Origin: Takakia lepidozioides
Lineage: Eukaryota; Plantae; Bryophyta
Assembly: GCA_030704615.1 (NCBI GenBank)
Contig: CM060734.1
Span: forward strand, 58,218,001 to 58,282,000
Reading direction: 5' to 3'
Length of the DNA stretch: 64,000 nt
Shown: positions 12,331 through 25,446 of the stretch, piece after piece
Layout: the number at the start of each line of letters is the position of its first letter
How positions within the stretch are numbered: the first letter of the stretch is position 1
Program-made: the position numbers and the translations under genes
The notes under the pieces: generated by a model
What the model was told of the DNA's origin: nothing
What the model saw: the letters and a program-made list of their open reading frames with translations, nothing else
The model's database searches: none

Positions 12331-13960
12331 CTCAGCATACCAATGTGAGCTCATAAAGACCTGATAGAGACCACGGTGTAACAGTACACCTCTCACGATG
12401 CTGGGTTTCGGACCTAGGTCCGAAACCCAACAACCTCTGAGAGGGGAACATGTGTCCATATTATCAGAATATCAATGTGAGCTCACATATACATAATAGA
12501 GGCCACAGTGTATTAGTGCCTCGCTAAGGATGGTGGATTTCGGACCTGGGTCCGAAACTCACAATCTTGGTCATGTCTATGTGTATCCATGTTCTTAGAG
12601 TGTCTCTGTGAGCTCACAAAAACCTATTAGAGGAAACAGTTTAAGAGCGCCAAGCTACAAAAGGTGTGTTTCGGACAAAAACCTAATAGAGGCAACAGTT
12701 TGAGAGTGCCAAACTACGAAAGATGGGTTTCGGACCTAGGTTCGAAACACATAATCCTGGTCATACATTCGGGTGTCTATCTTCTCAGAATACTAGTAGG
12801 AGCTCATATTGACCATATATAGAGGCTCAATCCCCAAATCCGTAGTTTGGTGCTCTATCCGATTGAGCTACAAGCACAAGTCGATTGAGGTTTTAAAGTG
12901 CCTCTACCAGGAAGTGTGTTTTGGACCCAGGTCCAAAACCGAAAATCCTGATTAAGTATCCAAACATCCATGCTCAAACAATGTCTATGTGTGCTACGAA
13001 AATCCTAACAAAAAAGGACAATATAGTAGTGCCTCGCTCAACATGTGGTTATCGGAGCCCACAATCCTAATAATGTCTCCATGCATCCATGTCCTGAGAG
13101 TGCAAATGTGGTCTAGAAAAAACCTATAGAGGCCATGGGTCCGAGACCAACAACACCGATCAAGAATCCTAGGTAATACAAGTTCTCGGAGGGCTAGTGT
13201 GAGGTCGTAAAGTCTCTTGTAAGCCGCGGTGTGATAGTGGTTCGTTCGATGGAAGGTTTCGGAAAGGATCAAAAGACTTGGTACATGGAAAAAAATTAAG
13301 AATGATGGTACTGGGTTTCAGACATAGGTCCGAACGCCTAATCCATCAAATATAGTGGGTGTCGTACTAGGGTCCAACAACATGGTAGATGGGAACGGTG
13401 GAAGTGGGTTTGGGATCCGGATCCCAAAATCTGATGAAACCAGAAAGTCGGATTTGGAATCAGATCCGACAAGCAGATTGATCACATCCGTGCGTCCAAG
13501 AAGCCCCAAATTGTAGATAGCATTGTTATACTAACATGTCATTGAGTCTGGACCGAGTTCCAAAGAAATAAGCCTGACGGGGTAAAATGTTCGTTGGAGA
13601 CATAGAAATTGTGTCATGTGTGTCAATAGATGGTAAGAATAACACGAAAACTGTCTCTAAACATTGCTAGGTTTCGGACCCGGGTCCGATGACCTGAATA
13701 ATCATATCAGTGCCCAGAGTGTTGTAAGGTACTGTCCCTAAACCTAGGAACGATCAGGCTCATTAAACGATAATAGATTGTGGACCATGGGACGAAACAA
13801 TCAGCCTTGAGAAGTGTAACGGATCATGTAACCAAAACAGCTATAATCCACTAAAGTTGTGCCGACATAGAGTCTGTGCAATGAATTTTTTTAGTTCATC
13901 ACTAAGAATGGTGGGTTTCGGACCTGGGTCCGATGACCTGCATGAAATCCAGGTCCAAAT
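12121..13960. repeat. Array of ~130-bp diverged units, each with a conserved 18-28-bp palindrome
   Basis: Perfect 28-mer TGGGTTTCGGACCTAGGTCCGAAACCCA at 12402-12429, with related cores at about 12121, 12538, 12728, 12918, 13313, 13671 and 13914. Confidence 0.85.
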
Positions 13961-14267
13961 CGTCTTTAGTTAAGCACAAACATTTAAAGAGAAATGTGTC
14001 TAGAGCTAGAAGAAATCAAAAGTATAACATCTAGTTGTCAGTGTTTGCGTTAGGATAGTTAGCACGGAACCTTTAAATCCAAGTGACTCAACTGACCTCT
14101 GATAGATTGACTCCAAAGTGGATGGTAAGCTTTCATTTGATTCGGAATGTCATCAATAGTTGTTTATCTTGGATGTTAATAATATGATTTGTAACATGAT
14201 TTGTAACCATATAATATTAGGAACTAATCTTCCTAGCCTTGTATCTAATGCTCTCGTCAATTATAGA

Positions 14268-17200
14268 ATGGACAGTGTGGACGGGCCGGATGATTTGGAT
14301 GATACTCCGCAGTTTCCAACAAAACTGTCGACAGCCTGTCACTCAAACCATTCAAAGAAACGAAAGTCATCCATGTGTATCTCATCCACGACTGAATGCA
14401 CTACACCGCACCTGAAGATATAAACTGTAGGAGATGGACCAATGTTCACACAGTCTAGTGATTTGATTCCATCTGTGAAAAGAAACAAGTCGACATGTGC
14501 TGGGAAACCATACACGGTCATGTCAAGTGTAATTTCAGGTTTTACATTACCAGGGCCGAGTTTCAATCTAAGAGATTGGACTGGTTCTCCGATAACTCCT
14601 GGACAAATCGGTGACCTCAGCTACAATGTCAGGGATTGGATGGGCTCACCAATAATTCAAGGACTTGCAATGACTATCTCTGGGAGTCCCGAAGAAAAGC
14701 CAATGACCCGCCTATTGATATTTTTGCCACTCCAAGAGCCGGAGATGAGCCTCCAAGTTGTTTCAATCCGGCGTGTCTTGAATTGGTTTTGAGATCTAGG
14801 ACTAGTGGTTCAATGCCCCTTTGGAACCCCGAGAGCAGTCATAGTGCCTTTAACAGTTCACCACAATACTTCAGAGGACCAAATAATTCGCGCCACAATG
14901 ACTCATTCATTTTCATCCCAAATGAACGTCATTATTTGCCGTTGCTGAGAGCATTACCTGAGGATGAAAAGTTCCCAGTATGGCTACATCCCGTTTATAT
15001 CGATAGTGAGACTGGGCTCCTTACTTTTGCGTTGTTTCAACTGAAGATGCCAATGTACTTGTGTGCCCCTCTTTGAAATAAATGATTTCAGATCGCCTTT
15101 ATGAGTAATGGTGTTTGTAAATTAGTCTCCTCTGAACCTTAAACAAGTGTAAATTAGTCTCCTTTGAATGCATGATGTTATATTTCTATGTTTGTCTGCA
15201 TCAGACCCAGACCCAGGTCCAAAAGCTTCTGTGAATATTTGCGTTTAACTGGGAGCTGAAAGTGTCATGCTATAGGAAGAAGTTTCCGGCCGGATGTAGG
15301 CCTACAATGTCTTCAGACATTGCCGAGGAGTTCCTTTCAAAGAGGTCAGACATATATCGGACAGAACACGTCGCCATTTTCTGTCTATCCGACAAAGTAA
15401 CCTCTTGGGGAGTTTCTCTAAGTGGAGCTCCGCCGGATCATGTTCTTCAATTCCTGTACAGGGAGGGAGAGGAAACCACAGAGCTTGAGTACGCTCACGT
15501 TCAAGATATAGAACTTGAACCTGACGAGGACGATCCGCTGATTGTTATATTTGTACAGGAAGAGGACCAGCAAGCACGCACCATCGGTTATACAGCAAAG
15601 AATTGCCAACAGAGGTTTGATGACAGGACTCCAAGAGAGTGGATTCAAGTTCCCTAGAGATGGATCTATCCCGGATGAGTTTCCTTTCTGCTCGGAGTGG
15701 TCTAAACTTCTGGGACGCCTCTTCAATGTAAGAAATGAAAACAAGAGAAAAAGACAAGAGCTTGAGGCCGAGAGGGAGACAGAACAGGCTCAAAAGAAGA
15801 GAAAGCCGAGAAAACATAAGACCCCTGCTGACACTACACCTCAAGAGGATGGAGACCCTGAAATTACTCCGACTCCGAAGTCGAAGAGAAACTCTGAGCC
15901 CCCACTTGACCCAGTGTTATCAAGTGACAAGAAACCGAAAACTGGGGAGATATATGACAAAGCTAAATGTGAGGCAATGGAGAAGGAGCTCTCAGAAATA
16001 TATGGGACTTATTTCCCTTTGGGTTTGAAGAGACCAATTCCATTCCTATTTTGAGTATGGAGCAAGCACCTCGACAAATGGTCTACAGGCCCCTGAATAA
16101 CAAACACAAGGATGAGATCAAAGCTAGGCTTTTAAAGCTCCGGGTCCTTGATTCAAAACACCCTGTCTATGTAGCACCAATGCATCCCAATGACGATAGT
16201 CTAGTGTGGACGGAAAAGCCAGAGAGGTGGGATGAAGTGAAGGATGCCAAATTCTTTGTTATTGGTGGGCAACACACCATAATTGTTGCGAAGGTACCAA
16301 TTCATGCAGTCCCACGCTTGAATATGTCATTGCTATTGTTGTAGCTAAATCAAATCTACAGTAGGTACCTCTTCGGACCCTGTTTTGAAGTCCATTCCTT
16401 CCTCATATTTGAGTTGGATGCAGGAGCTAATCTTGGAGGTGGACAACGTGGAGCTGAAGAACTATTACAACAATTGGCCGGCCATGATCGTCTGGTCAGA
16501 TGACGCACTTCACTTTATGAAGATTTCAAAACTTCTAAACGATCCAAACAAGGCCCATAAATTTGACATTACATTTCTTGAGAAGGTCACACATTGCCAG
16601 CTTTTTTACGAGCTACAGGGCCGGCCAACAAAACATATCGAGCGTAACTCAAAAGAAGAGACCACTCAATGGGTGGTAGGATCCCAGAACTTGACCTACA
16701 TATTTTTTTTATTGCTGATTTGGTCATTAGCTTGGCTGAAACGAGTACTAATACATAAGTGCATCTTATAGGAATTTATGCAAGCTGTCCACATTATCTT
16801 GGAGTCGTCGAGTGTGAAGGAAGCTATGGTTCTTATTCTAGCCACAGAAAACGTTTGGGACAAGTGGCAAGCGGTTTTCAAAAAATGGGAGGCTGGTCAC
16901 CTAATTGACCAACATGGTAAACCTTGCAAAGGTGAACAGACACCACTTAACCGGAGTCAGTTGAGGAATATTCAGGGGCTCTCTGAGCGGCAACTTCTCA
17001 AGCTAGCCGAGAAGATCCTCAGTTTTCAGCTGACCGTCAAATGTCCATACAAAGGGAAAGACGTCACCCTTCAATCCAGAGCATAGTGAGTTATATGGCG
17101 CATATGAAGGACAGGAGGTTTGTGATCGACGACATCATGACAGTCTTCGGATTTTCTTTAAGAACCAAATTAATCCCAATCCTTATGCCAGAGAGATGTG

Positions 17201-17823
17201 GCTTGACGTTAAAAAGAAATACAAGATTGACAAAGTATAGTTTGATTTACTCCGAGGGAACCTTGGGTCGGAGTATCTCTCTAGCAAGGGACATAAGAAC
17301 AAGCTTCGAAAGGACATTCCCGGAGCATTTATAACGGAGGTTAAGGCTTTGAAGAAGAGCATTGAGGAGAATGATGGGAGAACAAATGCAATGAGGACAT
17401 ATTTTAAGAAGGTTTATTTCATGCGGGGTGTCCAGGAGAAAGCAAGTGACCTCAAGGCGAAACTCTCATATCTCCACAAGGATGAGTTTTCAAACGTAAG
17501 CCTTGTCTTCATGAACACTCTTGCGGACGACGATTCCGTGGTCTGGTTTACCATGGATTACTCAACAATCCTAAACGCATTTAAATCCAAGCCGATATTG
17601 CACTGCCTTTGTATTCATGTCAAACCCAACATCTTCCGCCCATCTCAGATACTACATTAGGAGTGGAGAGGGAGCCAAGAGATTTCTTTGTGTTCAAGGG
17701 TTATATTTCCCTGGTGCGGAGGAGCCGGGTTACAAGTTCTGTTCCTTTGGATTGTCCAACCCTTTCCTCTGTTTAGACTATGTGTTTCCTGTCACACCCA
17801 CCGAGTTTGAGTGCAGTGGGTGA
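14268..17823 (+). pseudogene. Frameshifted, intron-containing transposon cargo gene with a ParB/Sulfiredoxin-like domain
   Basis: Overlapping ORFs in changing frames. Basic NLS-like linker (KRKRQ, KKRKPRK), then YRPLN..H...I...HPVYV...FFVIGGQHT. In-frame GT-AG introns at 16294-16423 and 16676-16771. Confidence 0.6.
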
Positions 17824-17940
17824 GGTGTTACAACAAGAATGAGAAGACGGATGACACCCAGTGACATATTTTTCTCACAAATTATTACATGCGGAACAAA
17901 ATTACCATACAACCGAACGAGAAGAATTGACTACTATTTT

Positions 17941-20428
17941 GGGTACAAAGAAATACGACACATTGCCTGGAAAATGGCTGTAATTTTTATTTTTACAGTT
18001 TGAACAATTTTGACCAAATCACCTAGCCCCTGCATGCCAAATTTCAGGCCAATGGGACCACATTTGCAAAAAGGCCACCGATGCAAATGGGGCTGAATTT
18101 TGGCAAATGACCAAATTTATTTTAAAAAATTGGTTTTTTGTAGAGTGGAGTAACGGATTGGAATTCGATGAGGCTGGTGGACAGAGCCTTTCATGTATGA
18201 GTGGTGCTGCACATCTCTATGAAAGAATTAGGCCATTTGCCAAGAACTCAGCCCAAGGTGGTTGGTCAAAGCAGGTGGTACTTTGTTGGTCATGTCAACT
18301 TTAGCACTTGGTATGACTTTTACAGCTCAATCTTGTCACATACCTCTTTGTTTCTCTCAGCCTTTGGCCACATGTCTATATGTGCTTACAACAAACTGTA
18401 CATGGATGGGATTCGAACATATATACTACCCCTTTGGTAGCCCATATATGAACACAAGCAAGGAGTGACAACCCACCTCCCCCCTCTTTGTGTGCACCCC
18501 CACTCGGTAAGGGGACTACACTACTCTTACTTATTACCTGCCTTTCACTATCACAATATTGTAAGGAGGCTGCAGCATAGAGCATTGCAAACACATTTTT
18601 CATTGTCTTGCTACAGCACTCCCACACTGTGATTGTCTATTGTGAGCTGTTGTTGCAACCCATATGCACCTAAACCATAGGCTATAACAGAAGCTGCTTA
18701 CAACCAAAATGACATACTGCTGTTACAGCCCATAGCCCATCAAATCCTGGGCTGCAACAGAAGTAGAATACATACGAAATTGACCTACATTCGGAGTTAC
18801 TTTTTAACAAAATGGGCTAAGATAGAGGCTGTCCTCTGACCCTAATTCAAAGTCGGCAACGAAATGAAAGAAACCAGCTGCATCAACTAGTGGAATATGG
18901 ACTAGAACAAGGTGCCTGACACTTCCCCATAAAAAGCTCTACAGTACCATCCCCAATTTGCACACAAACATTTTGTGAAATGAAAAGGTTACACCTAAAC
19001 AAAAGCTTACCAATTGACTCTCTATCCAAACAACTCGCTAGTATCATAGCCAAACCAAGCATATAGCCACTGACACCTAGGCACATAACAACATTCAAGC
19101 ATAGACATAGGATTGCTTCACATAAGGATAGTGGTTAGAGGGTTGCCCCTCCTTCGTACCAGCAGCCACGTGAACGTGGTGTCCAGTCCCCTTGATCGAA
19201 TGATGTATCCATTCACCAAACTTGTGTCAACTAAATGGAAGTAAAACCTATGCCACCACTTGTGGTCACCTGTTTGTACACTACAATAACCCCGCAATTG
19301 GTCTTGGACATCCACACTTCTCATGTGCTTTTGGTAATGTTTGAGGACAGGAGAGGTGGGCACAAGAAGTCTAGCACCATTATGCCAGTGTCTCACAATG
19401 CATTATGTATCCACAGGGCTCACATCAGTGGAAATCAAATTCATAGGTTTCTGATCATACCATGCCAAAGCACACATTTTTCCATAAATGTGCATCCTCC
19501 ACTACAACCTCATTTCCCCAACTCCAAACAACTAAGATGTCCCACACGATTTGTTTTGACAGTGCCCGTGGCAGTCAAGTCATGGAACAAAAGAGGGTTG
19601 GAGAAATAGTTATCCATAGTCATAATGCACCCATGACCTCAAAACCAGAGAGGTCTAATAACTACCGCGTAACCCATGCCACGAGTCATATCCACTTGTC
19701 ATCTTTACCGTGGTAGACTTCCATCTTCTGACCGGATTTAGACTTTGTGCCAAACACCAGATTTTAATTCCCCACCTTCACTGGCTTCTTACGTAGATAT
19801 TGCTGAAGTTTAGCATACTTCCAAAAATATTGACCATTATCTCGTCCACGCACAGATTTTGTTTAGGTTTACACTAATTGGCATACAAAGAGTATTAGCT
19901 TCTATTAGCTAGCCGGTGCAGGGGGAGGCGCATTGAGGAGCACCGTTACACCACCACTCTGACAGCCGTCAAGCTCTAGCTCTCACCACCTTCCTCCTCT
20001 GTCAATGCCTCAAACTCATAAACTCAACCAAAGAAATCAGCAGAGACACTCTACAATCACATGCAATGGGAGACCAGGAAGTAGAGAGACAATGTAGCTC
20101 TGCACATGAGTGCGCATCACACCAAAGCGATGACAACCTGCTACAACACAGAACGCAAAACGGCCACCTGCAAGAACACCAAACGCGCGCGAGGGGAGAC
20201 GTGGGAAGTGGAACTGAGAAGCACCAGCCGCCGCTCCCCTGCAGCTCAAAACCCCATATCTTGCCCTAAACCTAAAATTCCGCCAATCGCTTTTGCACAC
20301 GTCTTCTAGACGCGGAGCGCCTTCCCATGGTGCAATATTTTCCAAAATTGAGAAAGATCTGCCCAAGATATGCCATGCCCAACATGGCTGGAGGCCCATT
20401 TCGGGCCGGGCAGGCGCTTAGGGATTAA
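17941..20428 (-). mobile_element. Degenerate piggyBac transposon
   Basis: Minus-strand remnants KKPVK.G, MDNYFSNP, ATGTVKTNR and YQKHMRSVDVQDQLRGY...KWWHRFYFHLVDTSLVNGYII. Terminus ...CTTAGGGA-TTAA at 20425-20428. Left boundary approximate. Confidence 0.8.
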
Positions 20429-20900
20429 AAAGCACTGCCCAGTTCTTCCATATGGGGTATTCCCCAATATTGGTGCGGACCCCATTGCTGAAGGCAGTTT
20501 GTCTCACCAGTCTTTCCAAGTTGCAACCTACTTTAAAATGTTAAGCCAGCCAGCTATGGACAAAGCACGTGGCTGAACTCTATATTTTGAAAGTAAGAAG
20601 AGCCTTTGGACATAAATTGAGACTTAATTGGAGCCACAACCAGATTTCTGCCAAGAGGCAACACACAGAAAGCATCAGTTGCTAGTTGATGTATGGAACT
20701 TCATCTCCAGCCCATAAAAGTCCTGTGCAATAAAACCAATGCCAATGTCGGACAGGCCAATTCAATGACCCAACAGATGCTGCATTCTTTCCTTTGGTCC
20801 TTTACACTCATATGAGCACTAGTTACCCATACTGACACTCTCAACATGGCTTGCAGGGCACTTTTGGGCCTTCACAATGCTCCAAAAATTATATCACATG

Positions 20901-23900
20901 TCAGTCACTGGCCGACGGTGCACTTTCAGCTTTCACCGAAGGACTGGAGACTTTTGGAGGAAGGCTATAGGGCGCATCAGGTCCCAGCACATCCACAATG
21001 ATCTGTGCCACTTGCACTAAGATTTGCTGCTGTATTCTATAAAACACCGCACCCCCCTGCATCCACAATTTGCAGTTCGGTATCAAGTTCCCAAGCCATC
21101 AAGAAAATCTGATTTGGTGATGGTAATCAGTGAGGAGTCTCAACTCTTTAAATTTTTGTTGGACATTCAGATGAATGCAGGAAGGCTTCTTTCAAACTCT
21201 GCAAAAAACTGGATCTCGCTCTAGACCTTCCCCTCTTTAACTCTCTCACTAAGCACTCAATTGCCTTACCGCACATATGAAGAGAATAGAGAAAGGATCA
21301 CCCTACCGATGATTTGATGACACAAGAGAGTGCAAGTTCGGGACCTGCAGAGCCCATGGTCTTCAGATAGCACATAGGAGTCACAGTCTCCATTTCCACT
21401 GAAGGGTGGGAGTGTAAGTAGAGAGTTACTGCTTCTGTAATCTTGTCCACTAGGAAAACATTTTGGTTGTTCAGCTGGAATTGTGCCTCTAGCACCTTTG
21501 ACTTGGCTCGTGATAAGTTGGTTATAACCTGAAAAGTGCGAACACAGCTAAGCCCTTCACTATTAGGGCTAGTGGTGAATCCCCAACACCCATATCCACA
21601 CCAACTTATTATTAATTTTCTGATATGATTGAGAAAGCTTGTGATTGAAATTCGTGAAGCTCCAAGAGTGTAGCCATGATTGGCAGAATAAATAAACTGC
21701 TTAGAGTACTTTTAATGTCCTTCCAGATCAGAGGTGCAAAATGAATCCCAAGCTTTGACAACATTCATAGGAGAGCTCTGTATGTGCACAAATTCCCTTC
21801 AAACTAGAGACTTTATGCACCTTGAAGAAGAGGTGAACATTGTTTTCATTGTGGCAAGTTCGTATAGATTTGGTGAACTGCTATCGCATCACGTTAGAAC
21901 ATTTTAAAAAATTGACCTTGCAAGTGCACCGTTCACCAAGACTTCCACAGAGTAAACACAACTATCCATCCATATGTAAGGCATGACACACCTGATTAGT
22001 GAAGGCCTGGTTGGGAACAAGGAAGGGGTTTCCATCAAAGCCCATTAATTTCGTCTGCATGTAACCAATGTCCACCACACGCCCAGACAGAGACCCTGCC
22101 TGCAGCAACAGACAGCTTATTTTAGTTACTTTGAGAACTCTAGTACCTCTTCTTTCACTGGAACTGAGCATGGTGTTCAAATTGTTCCAATCTAAGCCTA
22201 TGGCTCCAAGAAAAAAGATTTTTCTTCCAGAGATTGTGGAGGAGTTCCAACCATATCAATTGAATTCTTTCTATGCAAAGATTGTTCCCCAACTTTGCTT
22301 ACCTTCTTGACAAGTTTTCTACAAATGTTTTCACATCTAAATTGACTAAATAGTCTCGAATATACCAAATGAATGTCAATTTGAAGCCACATTTGAGGTT
22401 CAGGTACATATGTACCCTTTCAGAGCCCCTCCTCAGATGACACACTGGAAGGAATACGGGTTACAAAGCCTGTGAATCTGCTTCACATGTTTTAGTACCA
22501 CTGAAACACAGTGGGGCTGGATGAAATGCTTGAGGGTAAGCGTTTAGATGCCCTAATGGAAATGTAAAGAGAGAAGTGAGTGGACCTTGATTTTTTCACC
22601 AATCCCAAAAGGTCGTGTGATGAAGATAACTGCTCCCCCAAAGAAGTTGCCCACCACCTCCTTGGCAGCTAAGCCCACTGCTAGTCCTGCATTGCACAAC
22701 CATCCACAGCTAAGTGTTGGTGGGAGTATGTCGGAGGCCCTGGATGTGGCTTAGCAGAGAACATGGACTGTTCCACTAAAGTTACACATAACTTCAGGAT
22801 GAAGATCTGGACTACACCCTTCCTAAAAGTTTGTGCTTCACAACCAGCAACTATGGAAGCAACAGTACCAGAGACACCACCGAGCGCAAGGAGCGAGCGA
22901 AGAGCAATTCCAGCGACTTCAGCAATGCAGGAGGCTGCTAGAGCATACATGACCAACTCTACTACCTTGTCAATTGCCATTATCTGTGCCTGCATAATCC
23001 CCATGCCCATGTTCTTCAGCACTACGCACATTCTCCTGGCTTATGGAAGTCAGAAGCTTGCTGTGGAGCACTCAGCTCCTAGATACTTTATTTCCATCAG
23101 AAAACACCAGAATCTTGTGGCCATCAAGCACCCCTGCTTTCAAGGGCAACAAATCAAATGTAAACAAAGAAATCAGACAATTATAAGGGCCAAGAGAGAA
23201 GGAGAGAGTACGGCATCAGTTTTGTGCTGGGCAATGAGGTCCGCCACATGTATATTTTTCCAGCGGAAGAAGAACCAGGTCACTGTAACCACCACTCCAA
23301 TGCCTCGTGACTTGTTGATCAGATCGTGGCCTGAATGTTGTTGCATCTTCAACAAACGGGCTACCACCTGGACTCTGTGCCCTCCATAGTAACCACTTCC
23401 TTCTCTTAATAGTCATCTTCAAGCTGTTGGGTGTCATTTACATGGGCAATGAGAATGCCATGACTTCACCAGACCACATGTGCATTAACTTCAATGTATT
23501 TCCAGTAATGCTCCTGAGAATTCATGAGGTTGGCAGCACACAACATTTGAAATCCATTAGTTTCTTTCCCTAAGACGAGTGGGCAGGGAGGAAAAGAGAC
23601 CCCATTATTCTGTATGTGCTGATTATGCTCCATTAGCCAAGGCTTGATCTGGTTTGGCCTCCTGGGCTTTATAAATGGAAGACTCAGGATCAGAAGCAAA
23701 AGATGCTGTCAGCCAGAACTTGAGGTACGGTGAGTAAGTTGGCAGGTCTATCAATTCGACCCAACTTTTCAGGCAAGTCCTTTTTTCATGGCAATCCCAC
23801 TTTCACTTACAAACGTGTGCTGGCCCAAATCACAATGAGACTACGAAGAGGAGCTCGAGCAGCTTCAAAAGCTGAATCTTCAAACTCCTGTCGCCCCCCA

Positions 23901-25446
23901 TTCTTGAAGGTGGAAATTCTGGTACACATGACCATCATCCAGCTATCAGCTGTTGTTGACTTTCCTACTTTCTCCAGTTCAACTCAATATGTTTTGCTGG
24001 ATTCACCAGTAAGTGACCATGACAAGTGCAATTCCTGTGGAGTCACAGGGTTAGACAATACTTCAGGGGGAAAAGAAGTGAAAGCCCACATGAAAGCCAG
24101 GGCTATATTTGGGTACTAACTGCATAAGACTTGCCACATCGACGATGATAAGTTTGTTCAGAGAGTAGATCAGGAAGATGTCACTTCATCGTTAAATATG
24201 AGAATGAAGTGACTTGGAGACACTTGCTTGCTATAAATTGGCCCAGTAGGACTTGGAAGGCTTCTCCCCTTGAGTATGGTACCCTGATGAGGATGAGGGG
24301 ATTACCTGTATAGCCATCTGCAGACATGATGCACTCTCCCATACATAAAATAGAAGGTGGCCAGCAGCAGGGCTTCCCGCACGAACAAAATGGCCTGATT
24401 CCAGTTATGAGTGAGAAAGAGTAAGTACCAAAGGTGGCCAATTTGATGTGGTAAATGAACTGAAATGAAACGGTTATTTACAAACATCCGCGTTAAGCTC
24501 AAAGAGCTTATGGGCAAAGAGGAAAGGAAGAAACAAGAAAGAGAGAGGGGCCACAAACAGCCCAAAATCAACCGAAGCTCAAGGGATTGTCTAAGAGTCA
24601 ACGCTTCATGAAGGTAAGCTGCGCCAAGCATTTCTGATCCTCGTAAAGGAAGACCTCCCTGAGAGATTGGATATCCGGAATAAACAGTTCAATCTCCCAA
24701 GTATCTATAAAGAACAGTGAAAGAAGAAATTTTCTTCACTTTCAATTTTCATGTAGTTCCCTGCGCAAGCGGGGCATAGTCGGTCGTCAAGTAAGAAGCA
24801 GAAGCATGGGACGCATTGCGGTAGACAGAAGGACTTACAATTGCTTCAAGCATATGAAGTTGCGAGTGCAATTCCGGAGGTAGCCAATCGAGTGGGTCAA
24901 AATTTGCTGGTAAATAACGACCCAAGGTTGTTCCAAACCGATTACACAAGAAGTGGCTGAAGCCATCCAGGAAATGTTCACCAACGTGCACCAAATGTTC
25001 ACCAATTGGATTGAGACCCGAGCTTCCTCCCAAGGTGGCCCTTGCAACAACGCCTACGGGCCTGGAGTGGTATGTGAAGTCACGTGTCTGGAAGGGCTTG
25101 ATGCGTAAGCTCGCATGCCATGGAAGATTTCTGGGGTGTCTACCTCCACAATTGGACACAGGCTGGAAAACAAAATAGCATCAGGGTGGAAGCAGTTGGC
25201 TACGGAAAACAACGTCTTATGAGTACATTCTCTCTCTCGCTCTCTCTCTCTCTCTCATGCATTGATACACAACTCCGTTCTCGTTCTCCCCCATGCCCTT
25301 CACTCCCTCTCACAGGCAAACACACAAAACTGATCAATTCTTACCGCGACATGGAGAGCAGCTGGTTGAGAAGAGCCCACAGGTTGGCGGCAGGCCGCAA
25401 AAGCTCCACACGCCCCGCCGCCCATGGCTATGAGCTGGACTGCCAT
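20901..25446 (-). CDS. MSL: MscS-like mechanosensitive channel, organelle-targeted (multi-exon)
   Basis: Exons encode VTWFFFRWK, LLALGGVSG|AVGLAAKEVVGNFFGG..TRPFGIGEKIK, AGSLSGRVVDIG..TKL..PNQAF and VITNLSR. ATG at 25446 splices in frame to a transit-peptide-like exon. Internal exon boundaries are partly inferred. Confidence 0.85.

Larger units (their letters stand above)
5631..17930. mobile_element. Putative large Sola-like DNA transposon carrying cargo genes; right end not seen
   Basis: Begins GGGGCAAGTTAC where the LINE breaks off, followed by TTAAATCCGGAC subterminal repeats. The GGACC(T/C)(A/G)GGTCC motif recurs from about 7025 to 16390, tying the region together. Contains a transposase remnant and a plus-strand spliced gene. 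Boundaries are inferred. Confidence 0.5.

Noticed and set aside
12121-13960. CRISPR array (spaced palindromic repeats)
   Set aside because: The intervening sequences are ~100+ bp and homologous to each other, there are no cas genes, and the context is eukaryotic.
24749-24838. Premature stop making the MSL gene a pseudogene
   Set aside because: A GTAAGT donor after LEAI and an in-frame acceptor before AILFVRE place the stop inside an intron.
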